This document shows positions 18,757 through 27,804 of a stretch of 64,000 nt of DNA, piece after piece (the first letter of the stretch is position 1; every line of letters begins with the position of its first letter). The notes below the pieces were generated by a model that made no database searches, was not told where the DNA came from, and saw only the letters and a program-made list of their open reading frames with translations. The stretch is from an uncultured Chloroflexia bacterium (GTDB taxonomy: Bacteria; Chloroflexota; Anaerolineae; Anaerolineales; UBA4823), in assembly GCA_963809615.1 (NCBI GenBank), contig CAWEKR010000012.1, positions 401,317-465,316 of the forward strand, given 5' to 3'. Both the position numbers and the translations under genes were made by a program.

Positions 18757-20066
18757 TGGGAACCCGAGAAGATATCCTTGAGCTCGTCTCCAGGTATTAC
18801 CACGAGAAATTCGAATCAAAAGAGTTCAACTCCCAGGTCGATTTAATTCATTATGCAGGCCGGATCTTTGATGAGCAGGAATTGATCAATCTGGTTGATT
18901 CCAGCCTGGACTTTCAGCTGACTGCCGATCGGTATGCCAGTCGCTTCGAAAAACGGTTTGCAGGTTTTTTGGGGCTTTCATATGCTTTATTAGTCAATTC
19001 AGGCTCTTCAGCAAATCTACTCGCGATTACAGCATTAACCTCGCCTTTGTTGGGTGAAAAACGCCTCAAACCTGGGGATGAGGTGATCACTGTGGCAGCT
19101 GCTTTCCCTACAACAGTGGCACCCATTATACAAAACCAGCTTGTGCCTGTATTTGTGGACATCAATTTGGGTGATTATACGGTCATCCCCGAACGGTTGG
19201 CTGATGCAATCTCGCCAAAAACCCGTGCCATTTTCATGGCGCATACATTGGGAGTACCTTTCGATCTGGATACTGTTACCAAGCTTGTGGATAAGCATGA
19301 TCTGTGGCTGATTGAAGATAATTGTGATTCTCTCGGTTCCAAATTTAGGGGGAGACTGACCGGTTCGTTCGGGCAACTTTCCACTGCTTCATTTTATCCA
19401 GCACATCAAATAACCATGGGCGAGGGTGGTTGTGTCACTACCGACGATACTCTAATAGCCAGGATCCTGGCATCTTACCGCGATTGGGGACGGGATTGTT
19501 ATTGCGATGGTGGGAAAAGCAACACTTGCGGAAAACGGTTTAGCCAGCAATTTGGGCAGCTTCCGGCAGGTTATGACCATAAATATGTTTATGGCCATAT
19601 CGGCTATAACTTGAAATTGACCGATATGCAAGCCGCGGTGGGTTGCGCCCAGCTGAGTAAATTAGATAACTTTATTCAAAAACGTAAGGAAAACCATCAG
19701 CAGATGATGGAATTTCTCTATCCATATCAAGACCGGTTGCTTCTCCCCCAGGTGAGCGAATTTGCTGATCCGGCTTGGTTCTGTTTTGTGATCACTGTCC
19801 GGCAAAATGCAGGTTTCACCAGGACCGAATTAACCCAATACTTGGAAGCCAATCGCATAGAAACACGTCCTCTATTCAGTGGTAATCTTCTCCGTCATCC
19901 GGCCTTCGAAAATATTGACTGCCGCATTGTGGGCGATCTCAAAAATACAAACCTGGTGATGGAGAACTCATTTTTTATCGGGGTTTATCCTGGGATAGGT
20001 GATCCGCAATTGGCATGGATCAAAAGTGTTTTCGATAAGTTCATGGCGGGTGAGCGTGAAATATGA
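18756..20066 (+). CDS. rfbH: CDP-4-keto-6-deoxy-D-glucose 3-dehydrase (E1), RfbH/DdhC family, DegT-type PMP enzyme
   Basis: YAGRIFDEQELINLVDSSLDFQLTADRYASRFEKRFAGFLG...LVNSGSSANLLA...LKPGDEVITVAAAFPTT is closely RfbH-like. The 436-aa length fits. Confidence 0.85.
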   Translation: MGTREDILELVSRYYHEKFESKEFNSQVDLIHYAGRIFDEQELINLVDSSLDFQLTADRYASRFEKRFAGFLGLSYALLVNSGSSANLLAITALTSPLLGEKRLKPGDEVITVAAAFPTTVAPIIQNQLVPVFVDINLGDYTVIPERLADAISPKTRAIFMAHTLGVPFDLDTVTKLVDKHDLWLIEDNCDSLGSKFRGRLTGSFGQLSTASFYPAHQITMGEGGCVTTDDTLIARILASYRDWGRDCYCDGGKSNTCGKRFSQQFGQLPAGYDHKYVYGHIGYNLKLTDMQAAVGCAQLSKLDNFIQKRKENHQQMMEFLYPYQDRLLLPQVSEFADPAWFCFVITVRQNAGFTRTELTQYLEANRIETRPLFSGNLLRHPAFENIDCRIVGDLKNTNLVMENSFFIGVYPGIGDPQLAWIKSVFDKFMAGEREI

Positions 20067-21148
20067 GCCCGAACAAACCCGATTGGAATCCAACCCTAGA
20101 TCCAGAAGACCTTGATCACATCCTGCGTCACACTCCTGCTTTATGGGATGAGTTGCGTGGTCAGCGGTTGTTCATCACCGGTGGTACAGGTTTTTTTGGT
20201 CATTGGTTGCTGGAAAGCTTACTGTGGGCAAATGACCACCTGGATCTAGATGTGCAAATAATCTTGCTCAGCCGCAATCCTGCTGTTTTTGAGAATAGGT
20301 TTCCCCAGCTGGCACATCATCCTGCTGTATCCTGGCTCCAGGGAGATGTCAAAACCTTCGAGTTTCCCGATGGTGATTTTCCATATATCATTCACGCTGC
20401 CTCAGAGGGCGATATAGAGCTGGCTCAACACAACCCGCTGCTGATATTTAACACCATTGTCGATGGTACGCGGCGGGTGTTAGAGTTTGCCCGAACGCAT
20501 AAAACCAGGAAACTATTATTTACCAGCTCTGGAGCGGTTTATGGCAGGCAGCCTCCAGAATTAACGCATATACCCGAAGATTATTCAGGCGCTCCCGATG
20601 TTATGGCCCCTCTTTCGGCTTATGGCGAAGGGAAGAGGGCGGCTGAAATGCTCTGTACTCTATACTCCCACCAGTACGGTTTTGAGACCAAGATTGCCCG
20701 CTGTTTTGCCTTCGTCGGACCTTACCTGCCTCTGGATGCCAATTTTGCCATCGGGAATTTTATTCGCGATGCATTAAAAGGTGGTCCAATCGTGATCAAA
20801 GGAGACGGGACACCTTATCGATCATATCTTTATGCAGCTGACCTGGCAATATGGTTGTGGACGATATTGTTCAAGGGACAGAATTGTAAACCATATAATG
20901 TTGGCTCGAGCATAGATCTATCCATCACACAGCTGGCTTCAGTTGTGGCGCAAGAATTCCATCCCATTTCCGATGTGAATATTCAGCAAATTACGTCTCC
21001 CAACAAAACTGTTAAGCGGTACGTACCATCGATTGATAGGGCATCTTCTGAATTAGAATTGAATTCTTATATCAATTTAACTGATGCCATCCAACGTACG
21101 GCATCATGGTATGGATATCCGAAGGATCATATAGGTACAGCAATATGA
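20063..21148 (+). CDS. NAD(P)-dependent sugar epimerase/reductase (extended SDR)
   Basis: Rossmann motif LFITGGTGFFGHWL and catalytic YGEGK. ATGA overlaps with both neighbouring genes. Confidence 0.7.
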   Translation: MSPNKPDWNPTLDPEDLDHILRHTPALWDELRGQRLFITGGTGFFGHWLLESLLWANDHLDLDVQIILLSRNPAVFENRFPQLAHHPAVSWLQGDVKTFEFPDGDFPYIIHAASEGDIELAQHNPLLIFNTIVDGTRRVLEFARTHKTRKLLFTSSGAVYGRQPPELTHIPEDYSGAPDVMAPLSAYGEGKRAAEMLCTLYSHQYGFETKIARCFAFVGPYLPLDANFAIGNFIRDALKGGPIVIKGDGTPYRSYLYAADLAIWLWTILFKGQNCKPYNVGSSIDLSITQLASVVAQEFHPISDVNIQQITSPNKTVKRYVPSIDRASSELELNSYINLTDAIQRTASWYGYPKDHIGTAI

Positions 21149-22956
21149 GATTGTCAGATTATGTAATGCAGTATTTGGTGAGCCAAGGATTGCAGGACAT
21201 TTTCCTGGTCTCAGGTGGCGGGATTATGTATCTAGTGGATTCAGCCGGGAACACCCCTGGCTTGCGTTATTACTGCAATTATCACGAACAAGCCTGTGCC
21301 ATAAGTGCCGAGGTTTATACCCGTGTAACTGGTCGGATAGGAGTATGCTTAGTAACCACCGGACCTGGTGGCACCAACGCACTTTCGGGTGTGGCAGGAG
21401 CATGGGTAGATTCGATTGCAATGATGGTAATATCCGGTCAAGTACGTCGAGATCTGATTGCTGACTACTCCAAAATCCGGCAGAAAGGACCTCAGGAGGG
21501 TAATCTAATTGAGATGGCTCGACCAGTAACAAAATACGCTGTCACAGTATCTGACCCGAATAAAATTAAATTCGAGCTAGAGAAAGCCCTTTACCTGGCC
21601 ACGAGCGGTAGGCCAGGGCCAGTCTGGGTAAACATCCCACTCGACGTGCAGGGTAGTGAGATCGATGAATCTCTGCTTGAATCCTTTACACTCCCCCAAG
21701 CATACATAAGCTCAACCCGGCCTCAGCTAACTAATTATGTCCAGCACTTCATACAGTTGATTAAGGTCGCCAAAAGACCACTCTTCCTCTTGGGAAATGG
21801 TATTCACATATCGCATTCTGAAGGGTTAATAAAACGTTTGATAGAGCGAGTTCCTTTCCCAATTGTCTTGCCGAACTCCGCCAAGGACTTAGTGCCAGAG
21901 GAGAATCCCAATTACATGGGTATCTTTGGCTCAGCTGGTCAACGGCGTGCTAATTTTGCACTCCAAAATGCAGATTGTCTTATTGGGTTGTCGCTAGGAC
22001 TTAATATAAATAAAACTGGCTTCAATATCAAGAGCTTCGGCTCTCAGGCTACCAAAATTCTTGTGGATATTGATCAAGGTCAGCTCTTTAACCAGGTACT
22101 GAAATCCGATTACGGTATACAGGCCGATATCCATGAATTTCTGACTGAACTGTTGTATCAGATTGAAACCAATAACATCCGGTTTTCGGTCTCACCCAAA
22201 TGGATTGAAGCATGCCACACGTGGAAAACACGTTATCCTTTAATCCTTGATGAATATTTCCTAGATATCGAACATGTTAATAGTTATGTCTTCATGGATA
22301 AACTCTCTGACCTGCTTTTTCCTGAAGATATTTTGGTTACAGGAAATGGTCTGGACGAAGCTAGCTATTGGCAAGCTTTTAAAGTTAAAGAAGGCCAGCG
22401 CACAATGCTTAATGGCAATTGGGGATCCATGGGTTGGGATCTTCCTGCAGCTGTAGGAGCGTGCATCGGAAGCGGTCACAGGACTATTTGCGTGTCTGGG
22501 GATGGAAGCATACAATGGAACATTCAAGAACTCCTAACCATCCGTCATTACAACCTTCCGATCAAGCTATTTATATTTAATAATCAAGGATATACAAACA
22601 TCAGGACAACGCAGGCTAACTTCTTTGGTCGGTTTGTTGGCGCCGATAAAGAGTCAGGGGTTAGCAATCCGGAATTTATTCACCTCGCAGCTAGCTATGG
22701 ATTTACCTATTCATTAATCAAGAACAATATTGATCTTGAAGAAGGGATCCAAAGGGTCTTATTATCAAATGGCCCAGCGCTGTGTGAGGTGAATATAGCT
22801 ATTGGACAAGGAATCACACCCAAAGCTTCCGCTCGTAAGGGAGAGGATGGGACTCTAGAATCGTGCCCTTTGGAGGATATGTATCCATTTCTACCGAGAG
22901 AGGAAATATGGGAGAACATGCACATGTTTGACGAGAAGGATATCCCGACCGGATGA
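21145..22956 (+). CDS. thiamine-diphosphate-dependent enzyme (acetolactate-synthase-like; YerE-like candidate)
   Basis: N-terminal Pyr domain (LVSGGGIMYL...VTTGPGGTNA) and C-terminal PP domain with GSMGWDLPAAVGA...SGDGSIQWNIQEL (GDG-x24-N type ThDP motif). I prefer the start at 21145 (ATGA overlap). Confidence 0.8.
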   Translation: MRLSDYVMQYLVSQGLQDIFLVSGGGIMYLVDSAGNTPGLRYYCNYHEQACAISAEVYTRVTGRIGVCLVTTGPGGTNALSGVAGAWVDSIAMMVISGQVRRDLIADYSKIRQKGPQEGNLIEMARPVTKYAVTVSDPNKIKFELEKALYLATSGRPGPVWVNIPLDVQGSEIDESLLESFTLPQAYISSTRPQLTNYVQHFIQLIKVAKRPLFLLGNGIHISHSEGLIKRLIERVPFPIVLPNSAKDLVPEENPNYMGIFGSAGQRRANFALQNADCLIGLSLGLNINKTGFNIKSFGSQATKILVDIDQGQLFNQVLKSDYGIQADIHEFLTELLYQIETNNIRFSVSPKWIEACHTWKTRYPLILDEYFLDIEHVNSYVFMDKLSDLLFPEDILVTGNGLDEASYWQAFKVKEGQRTMLNGNWGSMGWDLPAAVGACIGSGHRTICVSGDGSIQWNIQELLTIRHYNLPIKLFIFNNQGYTNIRTTQANFFGRFVGADKESGVSNPEFIHLAASYGFTYSLIKNNIDLEEGIQRVLLSNGPALCEVNIAIGQGITPKASARKGEDGTLESCPLEDMYPFLPREEIWENMHMFDEKDIPTG

Positions 22957-22997
22957 AAGAATATGCGATTGAAAATAAAAATTAGGAGAAAAATCTT

Positions 22998-24026
22998 TTG
23001 ACTTTCCAGATTGGAAAGCGCATAATTGGTTTGGAACATGCACCGTTCGTTATCGCTGAGATCGGTATCAATCATGAAGGCAGCATCAAGAAAGCGATGC
23101 AAATGGTGGACGACGCTTATCTCGTTGGTTGTGAATGTGTTAAATTCCAATCCCATGTTATTGAGGATGAGATGATACCCAACGAAGTTATTCCAGGAAA
23201 TGCGGTTGAGAGTATCTGGAGTATCATGAAGCGCTGTGCTCTGACTGAAGAAGAGGAAATCCATCTCAAGAAATATGTCGAATCCAGGGATATGATCTAT
23301 CTGTGTACTCCGTTTTCACGCGCAGCTGCAGAGCGGCTAAAGCGTATGAGGGTACAGGCTTATAAAATCGGATCCGGTGAATGTAATAATTATCCTTTGA
23401 TTAAGCATATAGCCGAAGAAGGCAAACCGGTGATTTTGAGTACCGGTATGAATGACCTGGCGAGTATTGCTACTGCAGTAGAGATCCTAAGAAATGCTCA
23501 TGTTCAGTTTGCTTTACTACATTGCACATCCATGTATCCTACCCCGTACGATAAAGTTCGCTTGGGAGGAATAGATGAATTGGCAAAACGTTTCCCCGAT
23601 GCTGTGATAGGTCTAAGTGATCATTCGGTCGGAAATTATACTTGTTATGCTGCTGTTGCCCTCGGTGCTCGCATCCTGGAAAAACACTTTACTTCCGACA
23701 AGACATGGACCGGACCGGATATTCCCATTTCCATCAACCCCTGGGAGCTGAAGGAACTTATTGAAGGCTCAAGGGCAATTTTTGCAGCTTTAGGTGGTAA
23801 TAAAACAGTCCTACCTGAAGAGCAGTCAACCATTGATTTTGCTTACGCCTGTGTAGTCTCTATCCAAGACATCCATGCGGGCGAAGTGCTTACAAGTGGA
23901 AATATATGGGTCAAGCGCCCTGGAACCGGGGAAATCAAAGCCATCGATTATGAAAAAGTACTTGGTAAAACAACCAGGATAGATATCCCCATAAACACTC
24001 AGCTGGAATGGTCGGATATCAAGTGA
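22998..24026 (+). CDS. neuB: N-acetylneuraminate-synthase family enzyme (NeuB/LegI/PseI) with C-terminal SAF domain
   Basis: PFVIAEIGINHEGS, KFQ and YKIGSGE motifs, plus a C-terminal SAF-like segment (IHAGEVLTSGNIWVKRPG). TTG start. Confidence 0.85.
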   Translation: MTFQIGKRIIGLEHAPFVIAEIGINHEGSIKKAMQMVDDAYLVGCECVKFQSHVIEDEMIPNEVIPGNAVESIWSIMKRCALTEEEEIHLKKYVESRDMIYLCTPFSRAAAERLKRMRVQAYKIGSGECNNYPLIKHIAEEGKPVILSTGMNDLASIATAVEILRNAHVQFALLHCTSMYPTPYDKVRLGGIDELAKRFPDAVIGLSDHSVGNYTCYAAVALGARILEKHFTSDKTWTGPDIPISINPWELKELIEGSRAIFAALGGNKTVLPEEQSTIDFAYACVVSIQDIHAGEVLTSGNIWVKRPGTGEIKAIDYEKVLGKTTRIDIPINTQLEWSDIK

Positions 24027-24252
24027 AAAACGTAATCTCAGAATCGGTCATGAAGCCAACAAGAAACACTCCGAATGCGATTTATCACTATAGAAGGAAG
24101 ATCCATGTTTATGCATCAATCGATCATTGAACTTGTGAGTGCAGTCATCGAGAATGGTTACATGCCTCAATAATTGATCAAGGGTAAATACCATTAATAC
24201 TTATCTTAAAGCACAAAACAACATTTTCGTTATTTATGGGAGCCTATGAGTT

Positions 24253-25395
24253 ATGAGGAAAATTGGAGTTCTTACCACCTCCCGTGCCGAGTACGGTATC
24301 TTGAGTCCTGTTTTGAAAGAGATTGAGGCAGATCCCCAACTCTGTTTACAACTTTTCGTAGGTGGGGCTCACTTATCCACAGAGTTTGGTACAACAATCG
24401 AACAGATAGAATTTCCCATCACGGAACGCGTAGATTGCTTGATGTCCAGTGATACCCCTGAAGGCATAGCCAAAACGATCGGTTTGACCGCTTTCGGTTT
24501 TGCCCAAGCATTTACACGTACTTACCCAGATATCCTGCTTATCACAGGGGACCGTTACGAAGCTGCGGCTGTTGCAATTGCTGCGATGCCATTTAAAATC
24601 CCAATTGCACATCTAGGTGGTGGGGATATCACAATAGGGGCGTTTGATGAAAGCTTGCGCCATGCCATTACCAAAATGTCACACTTACATTTTTGCTACG
24701 CAGAAGAACAGGCTGCGCGTGTCATTCAAATGGGGGAGAATCCAGACCAGGTGATCATTACAGGAAACCCTGCGCTAGACGGATTAGACGCAACATATGG
24801 AAAGCCCGTTGCTGAAGGTGCGATTGTAGTAATTTTTCATCCGGTGACTCTTGAATATGAGCAGACTGATGAGTATTTAGATAATCTTTTAGCGGCTTTA
24901 AAGCAGCGAAGAGAATCGATCGTTTTTATATTACCAAATGCAGATACATACGGCCGCCGGATTATTAAAAAGATGAGGCGGTTTCCTAATTCACAAGCGC
25001 ATGCAAATTTAGTCCCAGGGAAGTTTTATGACCTGTTACGATCTGCAGTCGTTATCGTTGGTAATTCTTCGTGTGCCTTGATGGAAGCGCCCTCCTTTGA
25101 TTTGCCAGCTGTGAACATTGGCACACGACAACAAGGACGATTGCGAGGTGCGAATGTCATTGACGTAGGATATTCAATGGAAGAGATATTAGCTGGTATT
25201 GAACAAGCCCTGAGGTTAGACTTGAAGGATACGATAAATCCATATGGGGATGGCCATTCTGCTCCCCGTATTGTCCAAGCGCTAAAAAATACATCATTGG
25301 ATATTATAGAAAAAAAGTTCTATTACCCTTACCAAAACGGAATTAGCATTAATAAACTTAGAAAGATTAATAATGCCATCGAAAAGTTGGGATAA
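24253..25395 (+). CDS. neuC: UDP-N-acetylglucosamine 2-epimerase (hydrolysing), NeuC/LegG family
   Basis: KIGVLTTSRAEYGILSPVLKEI...GDRYEAAAVAIAA...IAHLGGGD is typical of NeuC. Confidence 0.8.
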   Translation: MRKIGVLTTSRAEYGILSPVLKEIEADPQLCLQLFVGGAHLSTEFGTTIEQIEFPITERVDCLMSSDTPEGIAKTIGLTAFGFAQAFTRTYPDILLITGDRYEAAAVAIAAMPFKIPIAHLGGGDITIGAFDESLRHAITKMSHLHFCYAEEQAARVIQMGENPDQVIITGNPALDGLDATYGKPVAEGAIVVIFHPVTLEYEQTDEYLDNLLAALKQRRESIVFILPNADTYGRRIIKKMRRFPNSQAHANLVPGKFYDLLRSAVVIVGNSSCALMEAPSFDLPAVNIGTRQQGRLRGANVIDVGYSMEEILAGIEQALRLDLKDTINPYGDGHSAPRIVQALKNTSLDIIEKKFYYPYQNGISINKLRKINNAIEKLG

Positions 25396-26593
25396 TGCAG
25401 GTTTCAAAAAGAACAGACAATGCGTTATTTGCCGAGGAACTCGAAAACGAATTCTATTCAAACAACGATTTTCCGGTTTCTCTGATGGCAGCCTATTGGA
25501 TGGATATGTTGTTGTAGTTTGTCAAGACTGTGGTTTCTGCTTTGCTGACAATATTCCCGCTCAAGCAGCCTTTGATATTTATTATCGGGAGATGTCAAAA
25601 TACGAACACCAGGAGCGCGAAGGGCAACCTTCAGAGTTTGAGGGTCGTCAATTCCCTGAGCTCGCTCAATTTCTTGCCCAAAACATCCCCTACAAGCAAG
25701 CAAGTATCCTTGAAATAGGTTGTGCCAATGGCGGTCTTTTGCATGCTCTCCAAAAACGAGGAGACCTTAATGTCCTTGGTATCGATCCATCGCCAGTCTG
25801 TGCCCATAACGCTGAGAGACTATATCAAATCTCTGTGCTTGCCCATCCTCTCTCAGACATCAAACTTGAGATAGGTCCCTTTGATTTTATAATCCTTGTT
25901 GCTGTACTGGAGCATATTCAAGATCTCGATGGGACGATAACTAAAGTACATGATCTATTATCGCCAGCTGGTAGATTATATATTGAAGCGCCGGATGCAA
26001 CCCATTTTTCTTCATCAGTGGATGCTCCATTTCAGGAATTCAGCATCGAGCATATAAATTTCTTTTCACCTTTATCCCTGCAAAATTTATTAGGAGCTCA
26101 TGGATTCTCCAAAGTTTTCTCAATACAAACGTTTTATCAACAGACGGATAATTATATAGGACATGCGATAAGAATGATGTTCGAGAAAAGCAAGGTCGAG
26201 GAGCATTTTGAAGTTACCAGAGACCTAGAGACCCAATCCGCACTTGAAAAATATATCGCTGTTTCACGACAAGAGGAAACTCACGTTCAAAAGACGATAA
26301 ATGAATTAATTGACTGTCATATTCCGTTGATAGTGTGGGGTGCAGGCACGCATACCCAGAGATTACTAGCGAGTAGTCAACTATCAGATGCCAATATTAT
26401 TGTTTTTGTAGATTCCAATCCTAACTATCACGGCAAGCATCTGAATGGCAAACCAATAGTCGCTCCCATTCAGCTGGCAGGCATGAATGAGCCGATTCTC
26501 ATTTCATCAAAGGTGTTCCAAAGTGAAATTATTCATCAAATCAGAGATGATTTAAATCTCAAAAATGAAATAATCACCCTATATGAGGACTAA
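25373..26593 (+). CDS. class I SAM-dependent methyltransferase with N-terminal CxxC...CxxC zinc ribbon and a C-terminal Rossmann-like domain
   Basis: CVICRGT...CQDCGFCF, the SAM motif I ILEIGCANGGLL, and the C-terminal LIVWGAGTHTQRLL...VFVDSNP. Confidence 0.7.
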   Translation: MPSKSWDNAGFKKNRQCVICRGTRKRILFKQRFSGFSDGSLLDGYVVVVCQDCGFCFADNIPAQAAFDIYYREMSKYEHQEREGQPSEFEGRQFPELAQFLAQNIPYKQASILEIGCANGGLLHALQKRGDLNVLGIDPSPVCAHNAERLYQISVLAHPLSDIKLEIGPFDFIILVAVLEHIQDLDGTITKVHDLLSPAGRLYIEAPDATHFSSSVDAPFQEFSIEHINFFSPLSLQNLLGAHGFSKVFSIQTFYQQTDNYIGHAIRMMFEKSKVEEHFEVTRDLETQSALEKYIAVSRQEETHVQKTINELIDCHIPLIVWGAGTHTQRLLASSQLSDANIIVFVDSNPNYHGKHLNGKPIVAPIQLAGMNEPILISSKVFQSEIIHQIRDDLNLKNEIITLYED

Positions 26594-27529
26594 ATGAAAA
26601 AGATGTCCATAGTTACCTCATGCTATAACGAAGAAGAAAATCTTCCTGAGCTATATCGACAGCTAATTGAAGTAATCAATGAATTGAATGGAAGATATTC
26701 CTACGAAATAATTATTGCAGACAACAATTCAACCGACCATTCTCCTCAAATCCTACGTGAGCTTGCGGAGAAAGATAAAAATGTGAAGGTCATTTTTAAT
26801 TCTCGTAATTTTGGTCCGGACCGTTCCGGTTATAACGCCTTAATGCAGGCTAACGGAGATGCAATTGTTAGCATGGCTGCCGATTTACAAAATCCTCCGA
26901 TTATGATAAAAAAGTTTATCGAAAAATGGGAAGAGGGATATAAAGTGGTAATCACCGTTAAGACCGGAAGTAAAGAATCACTCCTTTTCTTCACATTGCG
27001 AACGATATATTACAAAACACTGGCTCGTCTCTCGAATGTAAATCTATTCTCACACTTTACTGGTTTTGGTCTGTATGATCGGCATGTAATAGAAATAATG
27101 CGCAATTTGCAGGATCCCTATCCATATTTTCGTGGTTTGATTGCCGATATCGGCTTTGAGCCAGCGATCATTGAATTTGTACAACCTGAACGCCTCCATG
27201 GGAAAAGCAAGAGCAATCTAGAGTATCTCTACGAAGAGGCAATGTTGGGACTGACAAGTTACACAAAAGTCCCTCTCCGATTAGCTACAATTATTGGCTT
27301 CGCTGCTGCTTTTATAAGTTTTTTTATAGGTATGTTCTACCTCGTGTATAAGTTATTATTCTGGACAAGTTTCTCAGTAGGAACTGCCCCAGTTACCATT
27401 GGTTTGTTTTTTTTCGCATCGGTACAACTGATTTTTTTGGGACTTATTGGCGAATATATCTCTATGATCTATATTCATGTGCTAAACCGCCCTTTGGTTT
27501 ACGCATTGCCACGTTTCTTGGTTTTTTAG
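26594..27529 (+). CDS. family-2 glycosyltransferase, polyprenyl-phosphate sugar synthase type (GtrB/ArnC/DPM1-like), with an aberrant C-terminus
   Basis: MSIVTSCYNEEENL and a DxD region, plus two C-terminal TM helices. The last 8 residues (ALPRFLVF) come from an out-of-frame junction with a duplicated 3' fragment. Confidence 0.8.
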   Translation: MKKMSIVTSCYNEEENLPELYRQLIEVINELNGRYSYEIIIADNNSTDHSPQILRELAEKDKNVKVIFNSRNFGPDRSGYNALMQANGDAIVSMAADLQNPPIMIKKFIEKWEEGYKVVITVKTGSKESLLFFTLRTIYYKTLARLSNVNLFSHFTGFGLYDRHVIEIMRNLQDPYPYFRGLIADIGFEPAIIEFVQPERLHGKSKSNLEYLYEEAMLGLTSYTKVPLRLATIIGFAAAFISFFIGMFYLVYKLLFWTSFSVGTAPVTIGLFFFASVQLIFLGLIGEYISMIYIHVLNRPLVYALPRFLVF

Positions 27530-27771
27530 CCGGTGTAATTAGCTTTCTGGTTGGTCTCTTCTATTTGGTCTATAAGCTCATCTTCTGGCAGGAGTTCACC
27601 CTCGGTTCAGCGCCTATCATCGTTGGGTTATTCTTCTTCGGGGCAGTCCAGCTTTTCTTTTTAGGCATTGTTGGCGAATACATTGGCGCGATATATACCC
27701 AGGTGCTGCATCGTCCTCTCGTGATTGAAAAAGAACGGATTAATTTTGAAAAAGACCCCCAGAAGAATTAA
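27499..27771 (+). pseudogene. 3' fragment of a second, paralogous GT2 gene (TM-helix region and intact C-terminus only)
   Basis: In the frame of ORF 27565-27771, extended upstream, the product reads LRIATFLGFLAGVISFLVGLFYLVYKLIFWQEFTLGSAPIIVGLFFFGAVQLFFLGIVGEYIGAIYTQVLHRPLV. This aligns with LRLATIIGFAAAFISFFIGMFYLVYKLLFWTSFSVGTAPVTIGLFFFASVQLIFLGLIGEYISMIYIHVLNRPLV of the preceding gene. No catalytic domain is present. Confidence 0.7.
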
Positions 27772-27804
27772 TATTTTATCCCCGGACTGTTTTGAATCAT
27801 TTGG

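Noticed and set aside
24027-24252. Small ORFs (22-26 aa) in the neuB-neuC gap as possible missing pathway genes.
   Set aside because: They have no RBS, no recognisable motif, and are far too short to encode a NeuA-type cytidylyltransferase.
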